A stretch of DNA of 64,000 nucleotides from Guillardia theta CCMP2712 (taxonomy: Eukaryota; Protista; Cryptophyta): positions 160,147-224,146 of the forward strand of contig NW_005434577.1 in the NCBI RefSeq assembly GCF_000315625.1, written 5' to 3'. The notes below the pieces were generated by a model, which was not told the DNA's origin, ran no database searches, and saw only the letters and a list, made by a program, of their open reading frames with translations. Shown piece by piece: positions 1-11,545 of this stretch. Each line of letters begins with the position of its first letter. Within the stretch, counting starts at the first letter, position 1. A program made the translations under genes and the position numbers.

Positions 1-106
1 AGGAAGAGGAGGAGGAGGGCGAATAGGATATGGATGAGGATGACAAGGAGAACGATCTGGAGGAGAAGCGGTTGATGTCGAGGATCAACATGAGGATGGA
101 GAAATC
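1..106 (+). other. Fragment of Vps34 intron 5 (another Vps34 copy running in from the left, cut by a gap)
   Basis: Matches the intron-5 text of the full copies, e.g. ~19495-19600 (gaataggatatggatgaggatgacaaggagaacgatctgg). Confidence 0.85.
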
Positions 107-369
107 NNNNNNNNNNNNNNNNNNNNNNNNNNNNNNNNNNNNNNNNNNNNNNNNNNNNNNNNNNNNNNNNNNNNNNNNNNNNNNNNNNNNNNNNNNNNNN
201 NNNNNNCTTTCCCTCCTCCCCCAACTTCCTCACGGGTTCGCTCCTGTCGTCCTTTCCCACTCCTCGGCCTCCCTCCTCCCCCCCCCTTCTCCCTCCATTC
301 CCTCTCGTCTCTCCCTTCCTCCATTCATTCCCCCTCTACTCACAAGGAAACTTGACTTCGGACTGCTAG

Positions 370-685
370 ACAATTTGTTGACCGCACGAGAGTCCTCACC
401 ATCGGTGGTAGGGGAGGAAACGGATGCGTTTCCATGGCCAGGTGAGCTGACGTGCTGTACGTCCTGTGGGCTGTCTCGCTTCCCTCATGGAGTTGCCATA
501 GGGACACGATCGATATTAATGGAGGGCCGAGCGGAGGGCCAGGAGGGAAGGGGGGAGACGTGTACGTGCGAGCATCGAACAAGGTTGCTCAGAGAAGAAT
601 ATTGATGATGAAGAGAAGATGATGATGATGATGATGAGGAGGAGGAGATTATGATGATTATTGTGATGGAGATGATGATGATCCA

Positions 686-725
<40 letters not shown>

Positions 726-3700
726 ATGATGGAGATGATGATGGAGATGATGATGGAGATGATGATGGAGATGATGATGATGATGAGGTGAAGGAGGAGG
801 AGGAGGAGAAGATGATGACGATGATGGAGATGATGATGATGGTGATGGTGATGGTGATGGTGATGGTGGTGGTGGTGATAATGACACGACGATGATGACG
901 ATGACGATGATGACAAAGGTTCTTGACCTGGCGATGGAGAAGTTTACCTACGTCGGGGGAAATGGTCTCCCAGGAGGCTCTAGTAGGATGATCGGAAGGA
1001 GCGGCGAAGATGTGAGAGGTTGAAAGATGCAGTAGGAATTTGACGTTTGACATCGTCAGGTCATAATTGACGTTCCAGTTGGAACGCTTGTCAGTGTCAT
1101 GGAAGACTTGACCGAAGAAGATGCAGAGAGTGAGGATGAAGGGGACGTGAAGTTAACTGAGATTAGTAGGATCCTCAAAGAACAAGTCGGAGAGCCTGTG
1201 TTTTACTGTGAAAAGTTACTGAGGGTGATGGACAGATCGAGAAGAAACGGAAGAAGAATTTGCCGAGAAGGCAGACAGCCGCGGCAGAGGAAGATGAGGA
1301 TGAAGAGAACGACGAAGTGGAGGAGGGAGAGGAGGAGGAGGGAGAGGAGGGAGAGGAGGGAGAGACTGAGGGGGACGAGGAGCTGGAGGAGGCAGAAGGG
1401 ATAGAAGAAGATGGTGAGACTTGACCTCTTGCGATGATCTCCGGACTTGAGGTTTGACGTGTCGTGAACTTTTGCAGCAGAGTCAGAGAAGGGCGCGTTA
1501 AGTCAACGGCACCAGAAGCAATTCGTTGAACGAGCTGAGAAACGAGAGGAAAGAGCCACGAGGATGCAACCCAAGTCGATCATGTTGGATGTGACGGGGA
1601 AGACGCTGAGGCAGGCCTACTGCGAGCACTACAACATCCCCTACGAGGGTGGGGAGGAGGCGGAGGAGAAGAAAGCGCCTGAGCTGCTGGCGGATCTGAA
1701 CCATGAGGGCGATGTGATGTCGAGAAGGTGTCGCTGCTGGGGATGATGGTGACTTTAGATTGTCCGCGTGGCGATTGGAGGTCAAGGGGGTAGAGGAAAC
1801 ATCTCGTTTGCGAGGAAGAAGAACAGGGCGCCGAGAACAGCTGAGAAAGGAAGGAAAGGGCAAAGGTGGGGCAAGGAGAGTCAGGGACTAGGAGGAGGAC
1901 GTGAAGAGAGAGGGAGAGGGAAAGGAAGGGAAGGGAATGGGAGGGAGGGAGGCAGGGAGATCGTGTATGATTGCTCACGATGACTTTGAAAGGATTCGGA
2001 TTGAGCTCGAGCTTAAGAGCATGGCGGACGTTGGGCTGGTGGGCTTTCCGAATGCAGGTAGACGATGGAACAGAAGTGTTGGTTTGCCCTGAACAAATAC
2101 TAGGAAAGTCTTCGTTGTTGAGCAAGCTTTCTCACGCCAAGTAGGATCGTAGTCCTGCTGATATGCCGGCTGATATGTTCGATGATGTGGCGCAGACCTG
2201 AGATCGCAGCGTATCCTTTCACAACCTTGAGGTAAAGAAACGATACGGATTTTGACAATGTCGCTATGAAGATGGTGGTAGTGGTGGTGGTGACGATGAT
2301 GATGAAGATGACGACGATAGAGATGATGACGATGATGATGATGATGATGGAGATGGTGATGGTGAGGATGGAGATGATGATAATGATGATAACATTGACA
2401 CGTCCATAACTCTGTTCTTGACACGCAGGCCCTACATTGGGAGGGTCGAGCACGAGGACCCAGGGGTGGAGCCTTTCACCATCGCCGACATTCCAGGCAA
2501 GTCGACGAGAAGGCAGCAGAGTAGAAGAATGATCGTGATAATGAGGGCGATGATGAGATTCTCTTCTTGTCAAGTTACTTCTTTATGTTGGGATATGTGT
2601 TTCTTACATGTTATCCTTGTTGTATCACCATTTGTCATGCCTGCTGTATCGCTGACGATCCTTTCTCTGTCGTCAATGAACTGTATATCCTGGTTGTACT
2701 GACCTTCATGTCAACAGGCTTGATCGAGGGAGCTCATGAGAACAGAGGACTAGGTCAGGAGCTGTCTGAGGTTTCTTGTCTTCTGCTCAATAACAACTCG
2801 TTCAGGTCACTCGTTCCTCCGTCACATCGAGAGGACCAAGGTAAGAAACCACATGCAGGTTTTGACATCTTTTTATCGGTTGACTCACTTGTCAGATCCT
2901 CGCCATCGTCTTGGACATCGCAGGGAGTGAAGGGAGAGACCCGGTAGATGACCTGGAGAAGTTGCGAGTGAGTTGCGATAATCCATCATGACTTGCTGTC
3001 TTATATCATCCCTCCATCATGTCTTGCTGTCTTATATCATCCCTCCATCATGTCTTGCTGTCTTATATCATCCCTCCATCATGTCTTGCTGTCTTATATC
3101 ATCCCTCCATCATGTCTTGCTGTCTTATATCATCCCTCCATCATGTCTTCTTGTCATCAGTCAATTCACCTTACCTCACGTGCCCTCATCTCACTTCACT
3201 TCATCTCACATGAACACTTCCAGAAATACATGTCAACCTGACAACCATCACTGCAGAAGGAGCTCGATCTCTATCTTCAGGGTCTCTCCTCCCGCATCGC
3301 TGTCATCCTCGCCAACAAGGTTCCTCGCATGTTCGTTTCCCTTCATGACCCTCTTGACTAGTGCGACCTGGACGGCTCTGACATCGGCAAGGAGCTTCTC
3401 GAGTACTTCCTCCGCCATGAGCAGGCGGTGAGCTGATTCCCTGTACCGCTATGCCTTCCCTATCGCGTTATTGTACCCACTGCATCCGGCTCCTGCCCCA
3501 TCACAATTTTCCATCATCGACGTCAATATCATCTTTTTTTTGAAAATCATCATCACCATCATCATGCTCCCCATCAACCTTCTCATCTTCACTACCAACG
3601 CCACCCGCAACAAGAGTTTCAACATCAGAAACTTCAGCAGCAGCAAGAGCATGAATCGGCACAGCAGCTCTTCTTCTCACTTTCATAACCCTGCCGCTGA

Positions 3701-3889
3701 CTGGTCGCAGCTCTACCCCAACAGCTCACTTGCCAGTGCCAAGGTTGTCTACTGCAGCGCGCTGGCTGACAAGAACCTGGAGGAGGTGCGGAGGAGGAGG
3801 TCAAGCGACTGCTAACGTTGAGTCAGGTCAAGGAAACGTTGCGAGAGCTGGTAGAGAGAAGGAAAAAGCTCGATGAAACAGCTGAATGA
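370..3889 (+). CDS. obg: Obg/CgtA-family GTPase (organellar MTG2/ObgE-like), multi-exon, 5' end missing
   Basis: Manually spliced exons give QFVDRTRVLTIGGRGGNGCVSM, GGPSGGPGGKGGDVYVRA, VIIDVPVGT, LLADL, VAIGGQGGRGN, LELKSMADVGLVGFPNAG|KSSLL (G1), PEIAAYPFTTL (G2), FTIADIPG|LIEGAHENRGLG|HSFLRHIERT (G3), ILANK|CD (G4), CSAL (G5). Stop TGA at 3887-3889. An acidic insertion follows VPVGT. Confidence 0.93.
604..915. repeat. (GAT/GGA/GGT)n low-complexity intronic tract
   Basis: Direct reading; lies in an Obg intron. Confidence 0.9.
2982..3150. repeat. 31-bp minisatellite, ~5.5 copies, in Obg intron
   Basis: Unit tccatcatgtcttgctgtcttatatcatccc repeated head to tail. Confidence 0.92.
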
Positions 3890-5246
3890 TGCCGATGCTT
3901 CATTTCTACGAGTTGAACTCTTGATCGTTGATCATCATTCTTCACCTTAACCTTGATCTTGTTCATTATGAAAAGTTGACATTTGAGGCAACATGGAACG
4001 AGATCTTCTTTCAATCTCTCTTTCAGGGCAGTGGTGGTGTCATACCGTTGACCGGTCACGGGGTTTCACCCTTGTGCTTCTGCATGCTTTCAGAATTTCA
4101 TCGACGAGATTTCAAAGCACTTGGCGCGGCTTGAGAGGCTCAGGCAGTGAGTTAGAGATCAGACAGTAATAGGGGAACCGAAGGCTCTTAAATCGGCGGA
4201 ACCGAAGGCTCTTGTTCTCTATCTCCCTCAGAGGAAACGAAGAAGTTTTCACAGTCAGCATGGCAGATGGGACTATCGAGTATCCGATGAACTTCTTATG
4301 ACGAAGATCGAAATTGGGATACTTGAATAATTTCACTTCTTTGTCATGTCCATGAATTTCTCGTAATTCTTCCATATTGCTAGACATGTACTTATTTCAA
4401 ATGAAGTGAAGTGAAGCCAAAACGAAGACTTTCTTGACAACAGTAGATAATTTGACAGTCTTGCTCGAACTCACATATTCCAGTCGAAACGTCAACGGAG
4501 AACGAGTTGAATGTCATCCGTGATAGGAACTTGGTTCCACAACTTTCATGCCATGGCAGTAGCTGGTGGGTTCACCGATACCCGATTGACACAACTTAAT
4601 GAGGGTCGAGCGAACCATTTTCTAGATTTTGCAATCTAGAAAAGAGCTCTGTTGAGTTTGATGATTCACAGAAAGAACCTAATCTCAATTATGTTCAGCA
4701 CTGCTGCTGGTAAGGTAGTGACGTCATCACTCGCAAGTCGTGCACGTGCTGGCAAATCTGTGATGAATTCAGCATCAAAGTACAGGTAATCAGGAGAGAT
4801 TTGATATCTAGGTAAAGGATGCTCGTTTTTCGAGCTCAATATTCTTTCTTGATCCGATCCATTGTTTCGACATACCAACTCATTTCATGGAAGGCGATTG
4901 TCAAGAATATGAATCAGAACAAGATGGCGAGCTGCAAACGGCTGACTCCATTGTTGAACGTGTACACCATCACCATCGCAGCCGAATCGGCATTAGCAGA
5001 GAAACACCTCCGCAGGAAGGAATCTTATTGAGCAGGAGTGGGCAGCAAGACAAGCCATGGTCTTGTCTCACAGCCACGAGGGCAGCAAGAGCTTTAACGG
5101 CTACTGGACCTCTGGAGTACAACCCCTGTTGGGCGACACTGTGCCAAGTACGGGTGGTATCTCCTGTACTGGTAGGATTGGCTGGGAGCAGGCAGCAGAT
5201 CTAAGCGGACGCACGAGGGATGCTCGCTCGTGCCTGAGGAGCCTGA

Positions 5247-5326
5247 CGTGACCACCCCTGGTGGTTCCCCTCGACTATAAAACGATCGTGACCACCCCTG
5301 GTGGTTCCCCTCGACTATAAAACGAC
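5247..5326. repeat. 40-bp direct tandem duplication (2 copies plus a degenerate third)
   Basis: cgtgaccacccctggtggttcccctcgactataaaacga(t/c) twice. Confidence 0.9.
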
Positions 5327-5406
5327 CGTCCACAACCCCTTGAGGGGCTCTGTCCCCTTGGTCTGTGTGACACGAACTTAAAGATAAGCAACATCCTTCT
5401 AAAAAG

Positions 5407-5551
5407 AAGCGCCTCTACATGCCCTCCCTCCCTCGCCCTGTTCGCGCATGCCCTCCCGCCCTTGATTGTCCGGCTGGCGAGCAGCTCCCGGCCCCCTACC
5501 TCCCCCAAGTACCGTACCGCCTCCAAGTGCCCTCCCTCGCTCGCCCAGTGC
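5407..5551 (-). pseudogene. Terminal ankyrin-repeat fragment of the caspase-ART-ANK family at a contig end
   Basis: HWASEGGHLEAVRYLGEVGGRELLA...EGGHVEAL, the same 35-aa unit as the arrays; cut by a gap. Confidence 0.75.
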
Positions 5552-5651
5552 NNNNNNNNNNNNNNNNNNNNNNNNNNNNNNNNNNNNNNNNNNNNNNNNN
5601 NNNNNNNNNNNNNNNNNNNNNNNNNNNNNNNNNNNNNNNNNNNNNNNNNNN

Positions 5652-6090
5652 TGATGAGGAGGAGGAGGCTGATGGTGATGTTGTTTTGTAAGGTGATGAT
5701 TGAAGGGACGATGAGCAATCAAACCCTTCAGCCTCTTGACAAGATGTCATGTGTGCAGGTGATGGACAATTACGTCAAGAGCTCAGCAGGATATTGTGTC
5801 GTCACCTACTTGCTGGGAGTAGGTAAACTCGTCACAGATGAGAGTGACACGTCATGGTGCTGGGGGGGTTGAACGTTTGCTGATGTCCAGGAGATCGTCA
5901 CTTGGATAATGTACTTCTGAGCCCAGGTGAAGATGATGAGAGAAGGAGAATCCGCAATCGCCATGTGCAAACCATCACGGAGACATTTCGATCATCATCA
6001 TCATCATCATCATCATCATCTCTATCGTCTCAATCATCATCATCTTCATCATCATCATCATCTCTATCAGCTCAATCATCATCATCTCCG

Positions 6091-6130
<40 letters not shown>

Positions 6131-6131
6131 T

Positions 6132-6202
<71 letters not shown>

Positions 6203-6475
6203 GGTGTTTCAATGATCTTTTCATCAGGAGGGTATCTCTTTCACATTGACTTCGGATACATCCTCGGGCGAGACCCGAAACCTCTTCCTCCTCCCTTCAA
6301 GCTCGTCAAAGAGATGGTCAACTCCTCCTTCACCCCGCTACCTCCTCCTCCATCTTGCCCTTATCTCTGCCAGTGACTGCCTGCTGGTGGTTGTCGACTT
6401 CTCCCGCCCTTCCTCTTCTGCCTCCGCTCTTGTCTTTGCCATTCGTTTGTGTATGCTTTCCTTTCTCCTGCTCCT

Positions 6476-6528
<53 letters not shown>

Positions 6529-7792
6529 CTCGACTCACGTCGGATCAGGTCGACGCTATGGGCGGGCAGCAGAGTCAGCATTATCGTCTCTTCCAGCAGT
6601 ACTGCAGTGAAGCCTACATCATCTTGCGTCGACGAGCAGAGTTCTTCATCAACCTGATGATGCTGATGAAGGTGACGGAGACGAAGAGGAAGGAAGAGGA
6701 GGAGGAGCAAGAGGACGAGGACGAGGAATGAGAAGAAGGGGCAAGAGAGAGAGCGAGGGAGCAGCAGTGGTGTAGTAGTGGGAGGAGGAGGACAAGGAAT
6801 GGAACGGACGAAGGCGAGGGAGAGAAAGAGACGGAGGAGAAAAGAGATCAGCGGGCAGAGCAGGAGAGCGACCCAGAAATTTTGTTTGAGGACGATGATG
6901 AGGAGCAGGATGTGAAGGGACCACGAGGGACCTCTTGGAGCTGAGCATGACGATGATGATGAGGGAGAGCGAGACGTAAGAGGTATCGTTGACGATGGTG
7001 ATGGTTGAGTCTTGTTGCTGTACTCACAGCTTGTCGATGATGTTGCTCGTCAGCGTCTGCCTGACTGACTCTCTCTCAGGACGCCAACATCCCGGACATC
7101 TCAGGGGTGCCAGGAAGGTAAAGACTTGCTGCTGCTAGACGAGAGGTCTTGTCACGTGTCGTCGCAGACCTGAAGACCCTGAGCGACAACTGTACAAGGT
7201 GAGGCTCTGGTGGGAGGGGCGGAGGGGCGGAGGGCATGGCGTCAGCGTCAGTGAGGGACTTGGCAGTTCTGGGAGAGGTTTCACCTGGAGATGTCCAACG
7301 AAGAAGCTTACAACCACATGCAGGCGAGAGACGAGGAGGAAGAGCAGGAGCGAGAAGCAGAGACGGGGAGGAAGAGCAGGAGCGAGAAGCAGAGACGGGG
7401 AGAGAGCAGAGGAAGGGAAGCAGAGACGAGGAGAGAGCAGGGGAAGGGAAGGGAGGGGCAAGAGGAAGGGAGGCAAGGAAGGAAGGGAGGGAGAGATGAG
7501 AGTGCAGGGAAGGGAAGTGACTCAAGGGAAGGGGTAGAGGGGAGGGAGGAAAGGGGAAGAAGACGNNNNNNNNNNNNNNNNNNNNNNNNNNNNNNNNNNN
7601 NNNNNNNNNNNNNNNNNNNNNNNNNNNNNNNNNNNNNNNNNNNNNNNNNNNNNNNNNNNNNNNNNGATCTATCAAAGTCAGACAGCGTTTGTACCTCAGG
7701 TCAGCTGGGTCGCGAGGAAAGGATGAGAGTGACGAGGGTTGCAGATGGTGGAATGGGCGCACAAGCTGAAACAAGACTACTGGACTGCATGA
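5652..7792 (+). CDS. VPS34: Vps34 class III PI3K, copy A (exons 6-14 only; 5' part lost in gap)
   Basis: Exons [21 protein letters not shown]|[10 protein letters not shown]|[25 protein letters not shown]|...|[15 protein letters not shown]; stop 7790-7792. Confidence 0.88.
5990..6202. repeat. (CAT)n microsatellite in Vps34 intron 7
   Basis: Direct reading; length differs among copies (also ~20007-20294, 32108-32451, 47478-47797, 62122-62303). Confidence 0.92.
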
Positions 7793-8144
7793 GGGGATAG
7801 CGATGCATGCGGGAAGATAGCAAGATGAAGATAGCAAGATGAGGAGTGAGTTGAAGCGGAGAGAGAAGGACTGTCGGGGACGAGAAGGAGATGTCATGGC
7901 AGGAGAAGGAGACAAGCTGAGTCTTGATAGTAGAGACAGGAGCCGATGTGAGGAGCCGAGCTGGTCATAGACAATTGTAGCTTCTCTTGGTAGGTAGTGA
8001 ATGATGATATTCTATCTACCTGAGACGTCAGCTCGAGATGTATTAGCTCAAGTTTGACACTTCGGTAAGTGTGAGAGTCAATTACACTAGAATATTAGAA
8101 CAAATATTCAAACCCTTCGAGTCAAAAGGCATCAAGTCCCGATC

Positions 8145-10064
8145 TCAATCGACCTCCACGGATCTCTCCAGCACATACAAGTAGAACAAGACCTCCTGAC
8201 CACCTTGAAGGTCAGTCTTATTTCGAAGATGCTCTTCGATCTTATCCATCCCCTCCTCCCATGACACCGACGGGTCCAAGCACCCATCGATCACCTTGCT
8301 CCATATCTCCAATGCTTCATCTCGCTCATCTGGGTCTGATATCACTCTGCGCATCTCCTTGCTGATCGTGTAGTCCAAGATCGCAATGAGCAGCTTGTCG
8401 TCCGATATGCTGCGACCTGTCTGACTTGCCTTCCATGCTTCGAACGACGGCGACGAGATCTTGTTCCGTCCAATGTACTCCAGCACGTCCTTGACCAGCT
8501 CGGGGCCTGCTATAAATTCGTCCATACACGAATAGAAGTATGCCAGCAGCCTCCGGGTAGAGAACCGCGTATCCTCATATCGCAGAAAGCACATTAGCAC
8601 GATCGAGCACACCCTCCACCGCGGACTATCCGCTCGCTGCTCTCCAAGGAAATACTTCACCGCCTTCATCGCCTTGTCTCTGAAAGACTTGGCGTCCTCA
8701 GGGCTGTAAGCCAGCACGTACGTGTCTGCCTTGGACGTGTCTGTGAGGGGAGGATAGCTCGATACGACATCCTTGGCAGCATGCAGTGCAGCTGTACTGC
8801 TCCTGATGTCTCTCAGAGCCTCGCCGTCGCTCACCAGGCAGAAGCCTTCCGGAATGTCATAAATGTTCATCAATACACAAGGTTGTGACTCTTTGCATCT
8901 CCTCGCACAGTCTAGTAAGACGCTGTCAAGCGGTCTGTTGCAAGCGAACATCCCTGTCTCTGCATCCAGAAGCGACTCAAACAGCTTCGACTCGTCGCTT
9001 GCTGTCTTGCCCTTGCCGCATGTCAGCAGCAGAGTCCAATGCTTGGGCAGCGCCTTCACTTCCGGATCTTGCGGCAGACCTTCTGGCACTCCCTCGATCT
9101 CGTCCCGACCAGCGTCTATGACCACAAGCACCCTCGGATGATATCCTGATACGTCTTGCTCGAAGTCCCTGAAGAACNNNNNNNNNNNNNNNNNNNNNNN
9201 NNNNNNNNNNNNNNNNNNNNNNNNNNNNNNNNNNNNNNNNNNNNNNNNNNNNNNNNNNNNNNNNNNNNNNNNNNNNNNNNNNNNNNNNNNNNNNNNNNNN
9301 NNNNNNNNNNNNNNNNNNNNNNNNNNNNNNNNNNNNNNNNNNNNNNNNNNNNNNNNNNNNNNNNNNNNNNNNNNNNNNNNNNNNNNNNNNNNNNNNNNNN
9401 NNNNNNNNNNNNNNNNNNNNNNNNNNNNNNNNNNNNNNNNNNNNNNNNNNNNNNNNNNNNNNNNNNNNNNNNNNNNNNNNNNNNNNNNNNNNNNNNNNNN
9501 NNNNNNNNNNNNNNNNNNNNNNNNNNNNNNNNNNNNNNNNNNNNNNNNNNNNNNNNNNNNNNNNNNNNNNNNNNNNNNNNNNNNNNNNNNNNNNNNNNNN
9601 NNNNNNNNNNNNNNNNNNNNNNNNNNNNNNNNNNNNNNNNNNNNNNNNNNNNNNNNNNNNNNNNNNNNNNNNNNNNNNNNNNNNNNNNNNNNNNNNNNNN
9701 NNNNNNNNNNNNNNNNNNNNNNNNNNNNNNNNNNNNNNNNNNNNNNNNNNNNNNNNNNNNNNNNNNNNNNNNNNNNNNNNNNNNNNCCGCCTCCTCCCTC
9801 GCCAAGCAAGACGGCTTGATCCGCCTTGCGTGTCTCTTGTCTCGTGCTGCTGTCAGAGCCTCTCCCTCTTCTCCTCTCTATCGCTTTCATCCTAGCACGA
9901 GTCAAGCTCCCGCCTGTCGCCCGGCCCGAGACAGCCTCGTCCTTGCTACGAGCCCCCCAGCTCTCTGAGGTCATGACGTGCAGGCAGAGCTCGTCATCCG
10001 GCCGCTCCTCCTCTCTGAAGCACAGGAGCCGCTCCAGGAGCGAGTCTTGGCCCTCCAGGTCGAT
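8145..10064 (-). CDS. C-terminally truncated caspase-like module (exon 1 and exon 2 pieces, gapped), ends ERSVEVD*
   Basis: Paralog of 14191-16645. Reads VLVVIDAGR where the others have DACR. Tail-to-tail with Vps34 copy A. Confidence 0.7.
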   Translation of the reverse strand: MDLEGQDSLLERLLCFREEERPDDELCLHVMTSESWGARSKDEAVSGRATGGSLTRARMKAIERRRGRGSDSSTRQETRKADQAVLLGEGGGXXXXXXXXXXXXXXXXXXXXXXXXXXXXXXXXXXXXXXXXXXXXXXXXXXXXXXXXXXXXXXXXXXXXXXXXXXXXXXXXXXXXXXXXXXXXXXXXXXXXXXXXXXXXXXXXXXXXXXXXXXXXXXXXXXXXXXXXXXXXXXXXXXXXXXXXXXXXXXXXXXXXXXXXXXXXXXXXXXXXXXXXXXXXXXXXXXXXXXXXXXXXFFRDFEQDVSGYHPRVLVVIDAGRDEIEGVPEGLPQDPEVKALPKHWTLLLTCGKGKTASDESKLFESLLDAETGMFACNRPLDSVLLDCARRCKESQPCVLMNIYDIPEGFCLVSDGEALRDIRSSTAALHAAKDVVSSYPPLTDTSKADTYVLAYSPEDAKSFRDKAMKAVKYFLGEQRADSPRWRVCSIVLMCFLRYEDTRFSTRRLLAYFYSCMDEFIAGPELVKDVLEYIGRNKISSPSFEAWKASQTGRSISDDKLLIAILDYTISKEMRRVISDPDERDEALEIWSKVIDGCLDPSVSWEEGMDKIEEHLRNKTDLQGGQEVLFYLYVLERSVEVD

Positions 10065-10647
10065 NNNNNNNNNNNNNNNNNNNNNNNNNNNNNNNNNNNN
10101 NNNNNNNNNNNNNNNNNNNNNNNNNNNNNNNNNNNNNNNNNNNNNNNNNNNNNNNNNNNNNNNNNNNNNNNNNNNNNNNNNNNNNNNNNNNNNNNNNNNN
10201 NNNNNNNNNNNNNNNNNNNNNNNNNNNNNNNNNNNNNNNNNNNNNNNNNNNNNNNNNNNNNNNNNNNNNNNNNNNNNNNNNNNNNNNNNNNNNNNNNNNN
10301 NNNNNNNNNNNNNNNNNNNNNNNNNNNNNNNNNNNNNNNNNNNNNNNNNNNNNNNNNNNNNNNNNNNNNNNNNNNNNNNNNNNNNNNNNNNNNNNNNNNN
10401 NNNNNNNNNNNNNNNNNNNNNNNNNNNNNNNNNNNNNNNNNNNNNNNNNNNNNNNNNNNNNNNNNNNNNNNNNNNNNNNNNNNNNNNNNNNNNNNNNNNN
10501 NNNNNNNNNNNNNNNNNNNNNNNNNNNNNNNNNNNNNNNNNNNNNNNNNNNNNNNNNNNNNNNNNNNNNNNNNNNNNNNNNNNNNNNNNNNNNNNNNNNN
10601 NNNNNNNNNNNNNNNNNNNNNNNNNNNNNNNNNNNNNNNNNNNNNNN

Positions 10648-11545
10648 GCCCTTCCCTGCTCGCCATGTGCGCGCATGTCCTCCCGTACACGGTCCCGGCT
10701 GACGCGAGCAGCCGTCCCCGGCCCCCTACCTCCCTCAAGTACCGTACCGCCTCTACATGCCCTCCCTCGCTCGCCATGTGCGCGCATGTCCTCTCTTGAT
10801 TGTCCGGCTGGGCGAGCAGCTCCCGGCCCCCTACCTCCCCCAAGTACCGTACCGCCTCTACGTGCCCTCCCTCGCTCGCCATGTGCGCGCATGTCCTCCC
10901 TTGACTGTCCGGCTGCCCCAGCAGCTCCCGGCCCCCTACCTCCCCCAAGTACCGTACCGCCTCCAAGTGCCCTCCCTCGCTCGCCATGTGCGCGCATGTC
11001 CTCCCTTCCTTGTCCGGCTGGGCGAGCAGCTCCCGGCCCCCTACCTCCCCCAAGTACCGTACCGCCTCTACATGCCCTCCCATGCTCGCCCAGTGCGCGC
11101 ATGTCCTCCCTTGGTTGTCCGCCTGCGCGAGCAGCTCCCGGCCCCCTACCTCCCCCAAGTACCGTACCGTCTCCAAGTGCCCTCCCAAGCTCGCCCAGTG
11201 CGCGCAGTTCAATCCGTTCTCGTCCGGCTGGGCGAGCAGCTCCCGGCCCCCTACCTCCCCCAAGTACCGTACCGCCTCCAAGTGCCCTCCCATGCTCGCC
11301 AAGTGCGCGCAGGTCCTCCCTTCCTTGTCCGGCTGGGCGAGCAGCTCCCGGCCCCCTACCTCCCCCAAGTACCGTATCCCCTCTACATGCCCTGTTTGAA
11401 ATGCCAAGTGCGCGCATGTCGTGCCCTCCTTGTCCGGCTGGGCGAGCAGCTCCCGGCCCCCTACCTCCCCCAAGTACCGTACCGCCTCTACATGCCCTTC
11501 CTCACACGCCGAGTGCGCGCATGTCCGCCGGTTCCTGTTCGTCGT
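10648..11545 (-). repeat. 105-bp coding tandem repeat (35-aa ankyrin), at least 9 units
   Basis: DxxGxTCAHxAxxxGHVEAVRYLGEVGGRELLAQP. Confidence 0.93.

Noticed and set aside
485-1053. Poly-His/Ser/Ile/Met ORFs here and at ~5.9-6.4, 19.9-20.3, 32.0-32.6, 47.4-48.0, 62.0-62.3 kb
   Set aside because: Translations of intronic trinucleotide microsatellites.
2982-3150. 31-bp repeat as a CRISPR or coding repeat
   Set aside because: No spacers; intronic minisatellite.
4112-5251. Short ORFs between Obg and the ankyrin fragment
   Set aside because: No recognisable motif or consistent exon chain.
8145-11417. 1090-aa ORF and other ORFs spanning N runs
   Set aside because: Artefacts of reading through gaps; the first part is an off-frame ankyrin translation.
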